A DNA stretch of 64,000 nt from Candidatus Doudnabacteria bacterium. Its GTDB lineage: Bacteria; Patescibacteriota; Doudnabacteria; UBA920. Below are positions 16,125-26,029 of this stretch, piece by piece. Location of the stretch: positions 297,036-361,035 of the forward strand of contig CAWINB010000001.1 of NCBI GenBank assembly GCA_963837465.1. Reading direction: 5' to 3'. Positions within the stretch are counted from its first letter, which is position 1; each line of letters opens with the position of its first letter. The position numbers were made by a program, and so were the translations under genes. The notes under the pieces were generated by a model. That model was given only the letters and a program-made list of their open reading frames with translations, did no database searches and was not told where the DNA came from.

Positions 16125-19100
16125 CTATATAACAAAATTTATCAACCTATGTTTGACGTAAATAGTCCTTTTCGGTTGCTGACCAGATAATACAGATTTA
16201 ATCGCGCTCAAATTCAAGGCCTGCCGTGTGATTTCTTGCTCATCGGTAAAAGTCGGCACATTTATTTTTCCCTTAACCTTGCCATTGATTTGAATGACGA
16301 TATCTACCGTTTCATCAATAACAAACTTAGCATCCCATTCCGGCCACTGTTCCAATTGAAGCGATTTTTTGCCGCCCAGCAGCTGGTTTAACTCTTCGCT
16401 AATATGGGGCGCGAAAGGATAAAGCAAAACTAAGAACTTTTTAAAGTTTTCCTTGCTTATATTTCTATGATAACTCATTATCCCTGGCCGCTCTGCCATT
16501 CTTTTGTGGCCAGAATCGCCGGAACCAGCCATTTCCTCGCGCGTGGAATAAATCTGGTTGACTAAAATCATAAAAGCCGGTACGCAGGTATTAAAACGGA
16601 AGTTTTCAATATCCTCGGTAACTTTTTTTATTGTCTTATGCAAAAGTTTATAAGTTTCGCCGCTTGTAAATTCCGGTCGTCCGCTGTTTTTTGCCTGGGA
16701 TATCTCTACTCCTATTTTATAAACTTTTTCTAAAAATCTCTTAACTCCCGCGACTCCTTTGTCGTTCCAGGAAACCATAGCTTCGTGGGGTCCCAAAAAC
16801 AATTCATACATACGTAAAGTATCGGCTCCGTCAGATTTAACTATATCATCCGGGTTCACTACGTTGCCGCGGCTTTTGCTCATTTTTTCCCCGTCAGAGC
16901 CTAAGATTATACCGTGAGGCTTGCGCAAAACATAAGGTTCTTTAACCGTAACCAAACCCTGGTCGTATAAAAATAAATTCCAAAAACGGCTGTACAATAA
17001 ATGCAAAGTCGTGTGCTCCATGCCTCCAAAGTAAATATCCACCGGCGTCCAATGCTTTTGGTTTTTTAAGGCGGCGAATTCTTTTTTATTTTTTGGGTCG
17101 GTATACCTAAGCCAGTACCATGAGCTTCCCGCCCACTGTGGCATGGTATTGGTCTCGCGCTTAGCCGGCCCTTTGCAAACCGGGCATTTGACGTTTACCC
17201 ATTTGGTAATGGAAGCCAAAGGCGATTCCCCTGTCCCGGTTGGTTCGTATTTTTTAACAGGCGGCAGTTTAACCGGCAAATCTTTGTCCGGTACGGGAAT
17301 CCATCCAACGTCGCGTTTTAGAGATATAAAACTTAGAGATTGATTAAGGACTTCGGGTTCTTTTTTGGCCGTAAAATGTGACTTTACCGTGCCGGTTTTT
17401 ACAACATCGACCCCCAACGCCGACGCAAAAGACTCGCCGTCGGAAACTGGCACCGCATAATCGCTTATATCGTACAGGCAAACAAATTTTTTACAATTGT
17501 TTTTTATAGTTTTAAAGTCAAAGCCTTTTTTTAACGCCGCTGTTACTGTCGCTCTTTGTTTGCCGTCCAAAAATTCACCGGAAAATGGGGTACCGGCCAA
17601 AATTAAAGCGTTTATTTTTATTCCCCTCTCTAAAAGCCGCAATGCCACCACACCCCCGAAAGAATGACCGACTACAACTGTACTGTCGTCAAATTTAAGT
17701 TTTTTTATCGCAAATTCTGCCTGCTCTTCATCACTGGGATTTTTACTGTGCGGTAAATTGGCCGCCTGTACTTCAAAGCCTCGGTTTTCTAGCTCCTTTT
17801 TTAACCAGGGAATAAAAGCATCTTTTGTTGTTTCGCCTTTACCATGCAAAATCACAAAACGTTTTATATTTGAATCTTTTAAAGCGCACTTGGCGCAATG
17901 AACCAAGGGAATCGGCTCGCCCCAATACCTTTGCCTGCTAAATACCCAATCGCGGAGTTTATAGTTAGTAACGTATTTACCGGCGCCTTGAACTACGCTA
18001 AAATCAGCAATTGCTTTTCTGGCTTTAAGCGTGTCCATACCCGTGAATTGGCTGGCGTTAAGCATTACGCCTTCGCCCGTATAAGCTTCGGCCATTTCCT
18101 CAACTTTAATTTGTTTATCTTTTGGCTGGATAACGAGCTTAAACGGCAGGCCGTATTTTTTGGCAAACTCAAAATCGCGCTGGTCGTGAGTTGGAGTGCA
18201 TTTTACAATACCGGTTCCGTAATCCATAATGGCAAAATTAGCAATATACAGAGGCATTTTCCAGCCGCCAAAATGGTTTATAACGTACTTGCCCAAAAAA
18301 TATCCGGATTTTTCTTTTTCAATGTTCAGAGGGTCTTTTATTTTTTCCTCAATGCACTTTTTTATAAACTCATTGGCTCCTTGTTCGTATTTTGTACCTT
18401 TAACCAATTTTTCTATTATAGGATGTTCCGGCGCGATGACCATAAAAGTCGCGCCCCAGGTCGTATGCGGCCAAGTGGTAAATGTAGCGAGCTTGATATC
18501 CATCCCGTCAACCTGCCAATATTCTTCCAGTCCTTCCGATTTTCCAATCCAGTTTTGCTGCTGCTGCTTTACGGCTTCGGGCCACGCGGGAAGGTTTTTT
18601 AGCCCTTCCAATAATTTTTCCGCGTAGGCCGTAATCTTTAAATACCATTGGCGCAATTCTTTTTTTTCCACAAGCGTGCCGCAACGTTCGCAACGGCCGT
18701 CTATGACTTCCTCATTGGCAAGGCCGGTTTTGTCTTTTGGACACCAGTTAATCAGACCCGTAGCCTCGTAGGCTAAACCCGCTTTGTAGAATTGCAAAAA
18801 CAACCACTGCGTCCATTTATAATAATTTGGGTCAGTGGTGTTTACTTCGCGCGACCAGTCAAAGCTCATTCCCCAGCTTCGCAATTGCCGCTTGGCATTT
18901 TTTACATTTTTTGCCGTTGAAATGGCCGGGTTAACGCCGGTCTTAATGGCATAATTTTCCGCCGGCAAACCGAACGCGTCCCAACCCATTGGAAAAATAG
19001 TTTCAAAGCCTTTTAGGCGATTGAACCTGGCCGTAACATCACCGGCAACATATGGCCGCAAATGTCCCATGTGCAAACCCTGGCCCGAAGGATACGGAAA

Positions 19101-19217
19101 TTCCGTTAAAATATACTTCTTGGGTTTTTTGGAAAAATCCTTAGCCAAAAAACTCTTATGGCTCTGCCAGTATGCCTGCCACTTTTTTTCTATTTTGGAG
19201 TGATTGTACTTTGACAT
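16125..19217 (-). CDS. leuS: Leucyl-tRNA synthetase (1030 aa) with an inserted alpha/beta serine-hydrolase-fold domain
   Basis: HMGH, CP1 editing motifs (TTWPHTTWG, CTPTHDQRDFEFA), KMSKS. Between CAKC and WIPVPDKDLPV an ~175-aa insert carries GHSFGG plus Asp and His (PF06821/YdeN-like triad). Confidence 0.9.
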   Translation of the reverse strand: MSKYNHSKIEKKWQAYWQSHKSFLAKDFSKKPKKYILTEFPYPSGQGLHMGHLRPYVAGDVTARFNRLKGFETIFPMGWDAFGLPAENYAIKTGVNPAISTAKNVKNAKRQLRSWGMSFDWSREVNTTDPNYYKWTQWLFLQFYKAGLAYEATGLINWCPKDKTGLANEEVIDGRCERCGTLVEKKELRQWYLKITAYAEKLLEGLKNLPAWPEAVKQQQQNWIGKSEGLEEYWQVDGMDIKLATFTTWPHTTWGATFMVIAPEHPIIEKLVKGTKYEQGANEFIKKCIEEKIKDPLNIEKEKSGYFLGKYVINHFGGWKMPLYIANFAIMDYGTGIVKCTPTHDQRDFEFAKKYGLPFKLVIQPKDKQIKVEEMAEAYTGEGVMLNASQFTGMDTLKARKAIADFSVVQGAGKYVTNYKLRDWVFSRQRYWGEPIPLVHCAKCALKDSNIKRFVILHGKGETTKDAFIPWLKKELENRGFEVQAANLPHSKNPSDEEQAEFAIKKLKFDDSTVVVGHSFGGVVALRLLERGIKINALILAGTPFSGEFLDGKQRATVTAALKKGFDFKTIKNNCKKFVCLYDISDYAVPVSDGESFASALGVDVVKTGTVKSHFTAKKEPEVLNQSLSFISLKRDVGWIPVPDKDLPVKLPPVKKYEPTGTGESPLASITKWVNVKCPVCKGPAKRETNTMPQWAGSSWYWLRYTDPKNKKEFAALKNQKHWTPVDIYFGGMEHTTLHLLYSRFWNLFLYDQGLVTVKEPYVLRKPHGIILGSDGEKMSKSRGNVVNPDDIVKSDGADTLRMYELFLGPHEAMVSWNDKGVAGVKRFLEKVYKIGVEISQAKNSGRPEFTSGETYKLLHKTIKKVTEDIENFRFNTCVPAFMILVNQIYSTREEMAGSGDSGHKRMAERPGIMSYHRNISKENFKKFLVLLYPFAPHISEELNQLLGGKKSLQLEQWPEWDAKFVIDETVDIVIQINGKVKGKINVPTFTDEQEITRQALNLSAIKSVLSGQQPKRTIYVKHRLINFVI
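17334..17864 (-). other. Ser-hydrolase (YdeN/RBBP9-like) domain inserted in LeuS (residues about 452-628)
   Basis: VILHGKGETTKDAFIPWL...VVVGHSFGGVVALRL...LYDISDYAVP...KSHF. Confidence 0.6.
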
Positions 19218-19224
19218 AATTTTA

Positions 19225-19470
19225 TTAAGCGGCTTTAGACAATTCAGTATCCTGTTCTTCGTTGCTATCTTTTTTCCTTCTTAAATCATTTGTCATTTTT
19301 AAAACTTCGTCCAAATCCATATCAGAAAATTCATGCCTTTCGGTAAGACGCCGAAAATTTATACCCTTACCTTGTTCATAATCAAATTTTCTTTCTCGCG
19401 TAAATTTATGAGAATTAAATACTAAATAATTTTTTTGCGTTTTGGGTTGTAATTTTTTCAATTTCATCAA
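19225..19470 (-). CDS. Hypothetical small protein (81 aa)
   Basis: ORF overlapping the tatD 3' end by 56 nt. Confidence 0.3.
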   Translation of the reverse strand: MMKLKKLQPKTQKNYLVFNSHKFTRERKFDYEQGKGINFRRLTERHEFSDMDLDEVLKMTNDLRRKKDSNEEQDTELSKAA

Positions 19471-20293
19471 CAGATAAATTTTTTATCTGCGCCGCTTTTT
19501 CAGCCACGAATTTAACATAGGAGGGTTCGTTTCTTTTTCCGCGCATTGGGACCGGGGTTAAGTAGGGGCAGTCGGTTTCCAGGACAAAGCGATCGTTAGG
19601 CGTGTTTTTTACCAGCTTTTCCATATTTCCGGTCTTATCAAAGGTGATTATACCATTAAAGGAAACATAGCCGCCAAGGGCTAAAAACTGGTCCAAGACT
19701 TCCCAGGAGCCGGTGTAGGAGTGCAATACAAAACGCGGTAGATCTGATTTAAGGGATTCCTCGCTGCGCTCGGAACGGTTCCAGAGATGAGGATTTTTTA
19801 AAATGTCCAAAATGTCCAAGCACGCATCGTCCGTGCCTTTGGAAGAACGCGAATGGATGACCAAGGTTTTATTTAATTCTTTGGCCAGTTTAAGCTGTTC
19901 TATAAATGCCTCGGCCTGCGGTTTTTTTACGGCTGAAAGGTCTCCAGCTTCAGGCAAGCGGAAATAATCCAACCCGCACTCCCCTATTCCCACAACTTTG
20001 GGGCGCGAAGCCAATTTTTTATATTCTTCGTAATTAAATTTTTCCTCACGCGTTTTAAAATGCGTTTCCTCTTCATCCAGCTCCTGGGAATAAGTATGCA
20101 CCGGATGGATGCCAACCACGGCGTAAACATCTTTTTCAAACTTCTCCGCCATAGCTACCGCCTGCCGCGAAGTATCCGCTTGCGTGCCCACATTAACAAC
20201 ACTCACGCCCTCACTCAAGGCGCGCCTAACAACCCCTTCCGCGTCCTCCTTAAACGCGGCAAAATTTACGTGTGCGTGGGTGTCTGTCAGCAT
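19415..20293 (-). CDS. tatD: TatD-family metal-dependent hydrolase/DNase
   Basis: MLTDTHAHVNF...; TatD H-x-H start and conserved acidic residues. Confidence 0.8.
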   Translation of the reverse strand: MLTDTHAHVNFAAFKEDAEGVVRRALSEGVSVVNVGTQADTSRQAVAMAEKFEKDVYAVVGIHPVHTYSQELDEEETHFKTREEKFNYEEYKKLASRPKVVGIGECGLDYFRLPEAGDLSAVKKPQAEAFIEQLKLAKELNKTLVIHSRSSKGTDDACLDILDILKNPHLWNRSERSEESLKSDLPRFVLHSYTGSWEVLDQFLALGGYVSFNGIITFDKTGNMEKLVKNTPNDRFVLETDCPYLTPVPMRGKRNEPSYVKFVAEKAAQIKNLSVDEIEKITTQNAKKLFSI

Positions 20294-20332
20294 GAATTTG
20301 GAAGTAAGAATTATGAATTAAGGCAAGAAATG

Positions 20333-21841
20333 TTATTCAATCCTCGGAAACAGCCTCGGAATATTTTCCAATTTTGGTTCTTTTAAAACTGCTAAAATCT
20401 TTTCGCTGGTGTGGGGAAGGAATGGCTGCAGCAAATTTGCTATACTCCAAAGATTTCTTAATAAATCCTTGATATATACTTCACCGGTTTTTTGGTCCGC
20501 TTTAATAACTTTAAAAGGCTCTTTGAGTTGAATAAATTTATCGGCCAGCTGAATATGCCGCCATATCTCATCAATAGCTTTTTGAATCTCATACTTATTT
20601 AACAGACTTTGATTTGTTTCCTGCCATTGTTCCATAATTCCTAATTCATAATTCATAATTCCCGCGTTTATCGCCATCTTCATAATCCTGCTGGTCAAAT
20701 TCCCGATTCCATTGGCAAGTCCCGCGTTGTAGCTTTCCAAAAATTTTTCCCAGGTGTAGTCGCCATCTTCAAAGGTGGAAATTTCGCGGAGTAAGTAATA
20801 GCGCAGGGCGTCTGTGGCTTGTTCTTTGTTTAGGCCTTTAGACTCGAGCAAATCTAAAAGTTGGTAAGGATCGGCAACATTGCCCAAGCTTTTGGACATC
20901 TTCTGACCATTCATTAATATATGCCCATGGATAATTATTTGCTTGGAATTGGGAAGTCCCGCGCTCATAAGCATGGCCTGCCACATGGCGGACTGCTGGC
21001 GGAGATTGTCTTTGCCGGCAATCTGTACTGCGTTAGGCTTGTCTATCGTACCCCAGAAATCTTCAAAAGAGTATCCTTTATCCTTAATCTTTAATCCTTC
21101 ACTTTCCGGCCAGTCAAGCGTAGAGACATAATTTATCAAAGCGTCAAACCACACGTACATTACATGGTTTTCGTCATCCGGCACCGGCACGCCCCAGGAC
21201 ATTTTGGATTTGAGCCTGGAGATGGAAAAATCCCGCGGGCCGGATTTTACAAATTGCTTGATTTCGTTAAAGCGGAAATCGGGCACCACAAACTCCGGAT
21301 TTTTTTCGTAAAAATCCAAAAGCGGCTGTTCGTACCTGGAAAACCTGAAAAAATAATTTTCCTCATCTATTAATTCAATTTTTAAATACGGGTGGATTAA
21401 ACACTGTCCCTGTTCGTTTAAATCGCTTTCGGTTTTTTCCAGCTCGCAGCCCACGCAATATTTAATCTTGTAAATTTTTTTGTAAATATCACCTTTATTA
21501 AAACAGCGTAACCAAAATTCCTGGGCGGCTTTTATGTGGTGGGCATCGGTAGTGCGGATAAAATGCGCTTTCGGGCTTATGCCCAATGCCGGCATTAACT
21601 GCCTGAATTTATCCGCGTATTCGTTTACATAGCCTTGGATATCTTTTCCTTCGCTTTCGGCCTTTCTCTGGATTTTAAGGCCGTGCTCGTCGGTGCCGGT
21701 GTTAAAAAATACGTCCTGCTTTAAAATTTCCCCATGGAACCGCGCGATTGCGTCCGCCTGGACAATTTCCAAAGCAAACCCCAAATGCGGTTCGGAGTTA
21801 ACGTATGGGAGAGTTGTGGTGATGTAAAATTTATCTGACAT
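20333..21841 (-). CDS. metG: Methionyl-tRNA synthetase
   Basis: LPYVNSEPHLGFA (HIGH-like), KMSKSLGN. Confidence 0.9.
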   Translation of the reverse strand: MSDKFYITTTLPYVNSEPHLGFALEIVQADAIARFHGEILKQDVFFNTGTDEHGLKIQRKAESEGKDIQGYVNEYADKFRQLMPALGISPKAHFIRTTDAHHIKAAQEFWLRCFNKGDIYKKIYKIKYCVGCELEKTESDLNEQGQCLIHPYLKIELIDEENYFFRFSRYEQPLLDFYEKNPEFVVPDFRFNEIKQFVKSGPRDFSISRLKSKMSWGVPVPDDENHVMYVWFDALINYVSTLDWPESEGLKIKDKGYSFEDFWGTIDKPNAVQIAGKDNLRQQSAMWQAMLMSAGLPNSKQIIIHGHILMNGQKMSKSLGNVADPYQLLDLLESKGLNKEQATDALRYYLLREISTFEDGDYTWEKFLESYNAGLANGIGNLTSRIMKMAINAGIMNYELGIMEQWQETNQSLLNKYEIQKAIDEIWRHIQLADKFIQLKEPFKVIKADQKTGEVYIKDLLRNLWSIANLLQPFLPHTSEKILAVLKEPKLENIPRLFPRIE

Positions 21842-22099
21842 AAAACAAAAAGGATAGGCGAGTATCCGGATCCCGGATATTTTTCACGGCCCTGAAAAAT
21901 TCCGGGATAAAACAGGGAACGCAAACTGTCTAAAAACATAAAAAGACCTTACAGGCCTTAATATTATAGCTTTTTATCGGATTCTTAACAACTCACATAA
22001 CCTGGCAGCCAAACATCGCCGTCCCGAATAAAATGAGCATTCTTTAATACCGAAACGATGAGGGGTTCCTTGCCGCCGCGCGCCGGCTCGGAATGGGGC

Positions 22100-23089
22100 T
22101 TAAGGCATTTTGGCCTGCGGCCAAAACTCGCTAATGACAACCGTGACTGCCGTAGACAAAGGCACGGCTATTAAAAGCCCCACAACCCCCGCCAGTTTAA
22201 AACCAACCAGCAGCGCCACCAAAACCAACAGCGGCGAAGTCCCCACGGCCTTTTGCATAATTTTTGGCACAATCACGTAGCCTTCCAAAAAATGCATCAA
22301 AATAAATAAAATAGCCACCGGCACCACAAGAATCGGCCTTTGGATAAAAGCAAAAAACATAGCGGGCAGCGACGAAAGGATTGGCCCAATGTACGGCATA
22401 ACCTCAAACAGCCCGACCAGCAAAGCCAAAAACAGCGCGTACTGGATTTTTAAAATACTCAGGCCCACAAAAGCCACTATAAAAACGCTCAAACTGGCGC
22501 TAAGCTGGCCTAAAATCCATCTACCCATTTTATTCTGGATTTTTTCCAAAAGATTAACGGTAAATTCCTGCTGATGGTCGGGCAAAAAGGCGGCCACAAA
22601 ACTTTTCATGCCTTTTTCCTCGGCCACAAGGTAAAAAGATATTACCAAAATCGCGATTACGGAAAAGAAGCCGCTAAAGATACCGAACGTGCTGGTTATA
22701 ATGTTACCGCTATCTCCTCCGTTAATCAGACTGTTCCAAAAATCCAGGACGCTGAAGTTGGCGCCCAGGCGCGACTGCAAAGCCTGCCCGTATTCGGGCA
22801 GGTGAGCCTGCAAATATTTATACTGGTCAATAACCGTAGGGATAATAAGCGAAAGCACCAGGACAACGACTCCCAAAACCACCAGATAAACCAAAAAAAC
22901 CGAAACCACGCGCGGTATCTTTTTGCCGTTTAAATAGTCGGCCAGCGGCTCCATAGCCGAGGCCAAAATAAGCGACAGCAATAAAATAGCCACAATATCC
23001 CTTACCAGCCACAAAAAAGCCAAAACCAAAAAGGCAAAAACTACCTTTAAAATAATTTTGGTTGATTGCTCCAAATCGTCGTACTTCAT
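22100..23089 (-). CDS. AI-2E (PerM/UPF0118) family transporter
   Basis: 329-aa multi-pass membrane protein with AI-2E topology. Confidence 0.55.
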   Translation of the reverse strand: MKYDDLEQSTKIILKVVFAFLVLAFLWLVRDIVAILLLSLILASAMEPLADYLNGKKIPRVVSVFLVYLVVLGVVVLVLSLIIPTVIDQYKYLQAHLPEYGQALQSRLGANFSVLDFWNSLINGGDSGNIITSTFGIFSGFFSVIAILVISFYLVAEEKGMKSFVAAFLPDHQQEFTVNLLEKIQNKMGRWILGQLSASLSVFIVAFVGLSILKIQYALFLALLVGLFEVMPYIGPILSSLPAMFFAFIQRPILVVPVAILFILMHFLEGYVIVPKIMQKAVGTSPLLVLVALLVGFKLAGVVGLLIAVPLSTAVTVVISEFWPQAKMP

Positions 23090-23129
23090 ATGGCTTTATT
23101 ATAGCATGTCAAAAATAAAAATCCAGCCT

Positions 23130-23354
23130 TTAAGCCGGATTTTTATTTGTCGATTTTTCTTCCAAAGCTGCGACAGCTTCCTTTTCAGCATCATCTAAAT
23201 TTTTCAGCCCTTCAAAGCAATAAGCCTTGATTTGTTCTCTTAAAAAATCAGTCAGGCCTTCGCTTTGCAAATCTCTGATTAAGATATTCTTTATAGTCTG
23301 ATCCAAAGGCGAGCTTTGTATCAAAGTAATGATTTTTTCAATTTTTTGATCCAT
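23130..23354 (-). CDS. Hypothetical small protein (74 aa)
   Basis: ORF only. Confidence 0.3.
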   Translation of the reverse strand: MDQKIEKIITLIQSSPLDQTIKNILIRDLQSEGLTDFLREQIKAYCFEGLKNLDDAEKEAVAALEEKSTNKNPA

Positions 23355-23355
23355 A

Positions 23356-23541
23356 CTAAAGCCCTATTTCCTTTAAAAGATTTTTTAGACCCCTCTCATA
23401 ATCAGCTTTAACAGTGTGTGCTCTTTCGGCAGATGGCTGGGTTTTAATAATCCTACAAATTTTATCATCAAGAGCGCGGGGTGAATTACCCTCATGACTC
23501 TCTCGGTATGCATCATATGACCCAAACTTTGTAGTCTCCAT
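23356..23541 (-). CDS. Hypothetical small protein (61 aa)
   Basis: ORF only; abuts the 23130-23354 ORF. Confidence 0.3.
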   Translation of the reverse strand: METTKFGSYDAYRESHEGNSPRALDDKICRIIKTQPSAERAHTVKADYERGLKNLLKEIGL

Positions 23542-23559
23542 AGCTTTCCTTTCTAAATT

Positions 23560-24594
23560 TTATTTCTTAATTTTGTCGCGCAAACCTTTTAAAATTTTAA
23601 TATCTATTTTGACTTTATCATGCTCCGTTTCCAAAATCAAGGGGAATGGGGATAACAATTGACCTTTGACAATTAACGATTGACAAAAGGTCATAATCGC
23701 GGCAAAACCTTTTTGGCCGATTTTTCCGTCGCCAATGTGGTCGTGTCGGTCTTTGCGGCCGCCCAAATCAATTTTGGAGTCGTTAATATGCGACATTTTT
23801 AGCCATTTTAGGCCGATTACTTTATCAAATTTTTTAAAGGTTTCGGCCACCGCCTCACCATCGCGAAGATCATAGCCGGATGAAAAGGCGTGCTGGGTGT
23901 CAAAACAAATGCCGCCAAAGGTTTTAAATTTTACCAAAGGTTCCATAAGGTCAGCCAAATCCTCAAAACTATGGCCAATGACTTCGCCGGCTCCGGCCGC
24001 TATTTCCAGCAAAAATGCCGCTGAACCCGTGTAGCCGCTTAAAACTTTTGCCAAACCTTTTTTGGTCTGCTCAAAAGCTATTTCGTGGCCGAGATCTTTT
24101 GCCGAACCTAAATGCGTCATTACGTATTTGGCGCCAATTAAGCTCGCGCGTTCCAATTCCTCGCGCACTACGGACGATGAACCGTGGAATATGCGCGGCT
24201 GGGCCGAGCCGAAATTTATAAAATAGGGGCAATGGACGACAAAAACTCCTCCAACCGCCTCCCCCGCTTCGCGGGTACCCCTCCTTTTCAAGGAGGAGAG
24301 GCTCCGCGGAGCTGCGGTCAACCCCTCCTTGTCAAGGAGGGGTGTCCCGCCTTTGCGGGACGGGGTGACTGGAGTTAATGGATAATATTTTTCCATTTCT
24401 CGTTTAAATCGCTGCACAATTTCCGGCGTCAGCTCCGGAGCTTTGCCGCCCATGGGCGGCCGGGTAAAAATCTGGAACGTCTCGCAACCTAAATCCGCGG
24501 CATTTTTCGGCGCGTTAAAAACCCCTCCCGCGGCACTGACGTGGCAACCTATTTTAAGCATGTGACGTTGAGTGTCAAGGGTCACCCTTGACAC
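23560..24594 (-). CDS. nfo: Endonuclease IV with an ~45-aa in-frame insertion encoded by a palindromic element
   Basis: LKIGCHVSAAGG...; TIM-barrel Nfo motifs; insert PLTPVTPSRKGGTPLLDKEGLTAAPRSLSSLKRRGTREAGEAVGG coincides with repeat family A copy 2. Confidence 0.8.
   Translation of the reverse strand: MSRVTLDTQRHMLKIGCHVSAAGGVFNAPKNAADLGCETFQIFTRPPMGGKAPELTPEIVQRFKREMEKYYPLTPVTPSRKGGTPLLDKEGLTAAPRSLSSLKRRGTREAGEAVGGVFVVHCPYFINFGSAQPRIFHGSSSVVREELERASLIGAKYVMTHLGSAKDLGHEIAFEQTKKGLAKVLSGYTGSAAFLLEIAAGAGEVIGHSFEDLADLMEPLVKFKTFGGICFDTQHAFSSGYDLRDGEAVAETFKKFDKVIGLKWLKMSHINDSKIDLGGRKDRHDHIGDGKIGQKGFAAIMTFCQSLIVKGQLLSPFPLILETEHDKVKIDIKILKGLRDKIKK
24262..24361. repeat. Palindromic mini-element family A, copy 2, inside nfo
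   Basis: cccgc-ttc-gcggg; ctcctt-ttca-aggagg; ag-GCTCCGCGGAGC; cccctccttg-tc-aaggagggg; gtcccgc-cttt-gcgggac. Confidence 0.75.
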
Positions 24595-24608
24595 TGGCTA
24601 GGTTCTAA

Positions 24609-25877
24609 TTAAACTTGTAAAATCTTTTTAAATTGGGCTTCGTCTTTGTACGGGCCGATTACGGCCAGGGTCATGTTTTTATTTTGGAACAAATCGCGCG
24701 CGGTTTTTTGCACGTCGGCCTCGGTTACGGCGTCAATTTTTTTAAAAACTTCCACGGGGGTTTCTATTTTGGGATAAAAAGCGCAGTGCTCCAAAAACCA
24801 ATCCAGGCGGACCTGGTTGTCTTCCAGCGCCAAAATGGTTTTGCCCTTTAAGTATTCTTTGGCTTTTTGCGTTTCCTTTTCGCCAACCGGAGCATCCTTG
24901 ATTTTTTTCAGTTCCGCCAAAATTACCTTTAAGGCTTCCTCGATTTTTGCCACCTGCACGCCGCTGCCGATGTTGAACACGCCCGTATCCTGGTAATTGC
25001 CGCCGCCCGCGCGCACGTAATAAGCCAAGCCCCGGCGTTCCCGCACTTCCATAAACAAACGCGAACTCATACCCCCGCCCAAAATCGCGGACAAAACAGA
25101 CTGCGCCGCGTTACGCTTGTCGCCATAATCAAAGCCCTTAAAGCCGATGGATAAATGCGCCTGTTCGGTTTGCTTGTACTGGAGTTTTAGCCTGGACGAA
25201 GCTTGCTTATCCAAAGCTTTCCGCCAGCCGTAATATCTCTTTTTTGGATATTTCAGCCAGTGTTGTTTTACCAGATTATTAAACACGCCCGGCTCATACT
25301 TGCCGGAAATTCCCAAAACCATATTCGGCGCCTGGTAATGGCGGTTAATGTAATCCAAAAACATCTCCCGGTTAAACTTGGTTACCGATTGTTTGGTGCC
25401 GGCAATATCCCGCCCCAGCGCGTCTTTGGGCCACATGGCGCCCTCCAGCACGTTTTCTATTTCATACATCGGCGTGTCCTTGTACATATTTATTTCTTCC
25501 ACAATCACGCCTTTTTCGCGTTCCAGCTCTACCGGATCCAAAAGCGGATTCTGGACCATATCCGTAAGAATTTCAAAAATAAGCGGCAGATGTTTGGATG
25601 CCGCTTTGATATAATACTGGGTGTGTTCCTTGCCGGTGTTGGCGTTCATTTCCCCGCCAATGCTGTCCACCAGTTCGGAAATAGCCAAAGCCGACGGGTA
25701 CTTTTTGGTGCCCTTAAACAAAAAGTGCTCCAAAAAATGCGAAATGCCGTTCTCCTTTTCCGTCTCGCTCCTACTCCCCGTCTTTACAAAGAAATCCACC
25801 ACCACGCTTTCGGCGTCATGGCTAGGAACTTCTATAATGGTAAGGCCGTTGGGTAGGGTTTTTTTGGTGTATTTCAA
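24609..25877 (-). CDS. M16-family zinc peptidase (insulinase-like)
   Basis: HFLEHFLFKGT (HxxEH). Confidence 0.8.
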   Translation of the reverse strand: MKYTKKTLPNGLTIIEVPSHDAESVVVDFFVKTGSRSETEKENGISHFLEHFLFKGTKKYPSALAISELVDSIGGEMNANTGKEHTQYYIKAASKHLPLIFEILTDMVQNPLLDPVELEREKGVIVEEINMYKDTPMYEIENVLEGAMWPKDALGRDIAGTKQSVTKFNREMFLDYINRHYQAPNMVLGISGKYEPGVFNNLVKQHWLKYPKKRYYGWRKALDKQASSRLKLQYKQTEQAHLSIGFKGFDYGDKRNAAQSVLSAILGGGMSSRLFMEVRERRGLAYYVRAGGGNYQDTGVFNIGSGVQVAKIEEALKVILAELKKIKDAPVGEKETQKAKEYLKGKTILALEDNQVRLDWFLEHCAFYPKIETPVEVFKKIDAVTEADVQKTARDLFQNKNMTLAVIGPYKDEAQFKKILQV

Positions 25878-26029
25878 AATTTTAATCCTTTAGACTGAGC
25901 TTTCATTAGTTAAAAAGTTCTCTAAAGCTTTTAGAGCATTATCTGTGTAGACTTGTAGAGACTCAAGCCCACTAGGATCTGTGGCTATTATGGGTTGTGT
26001 TGCCTCTGGTCTTCGTTTCCCATATTATT

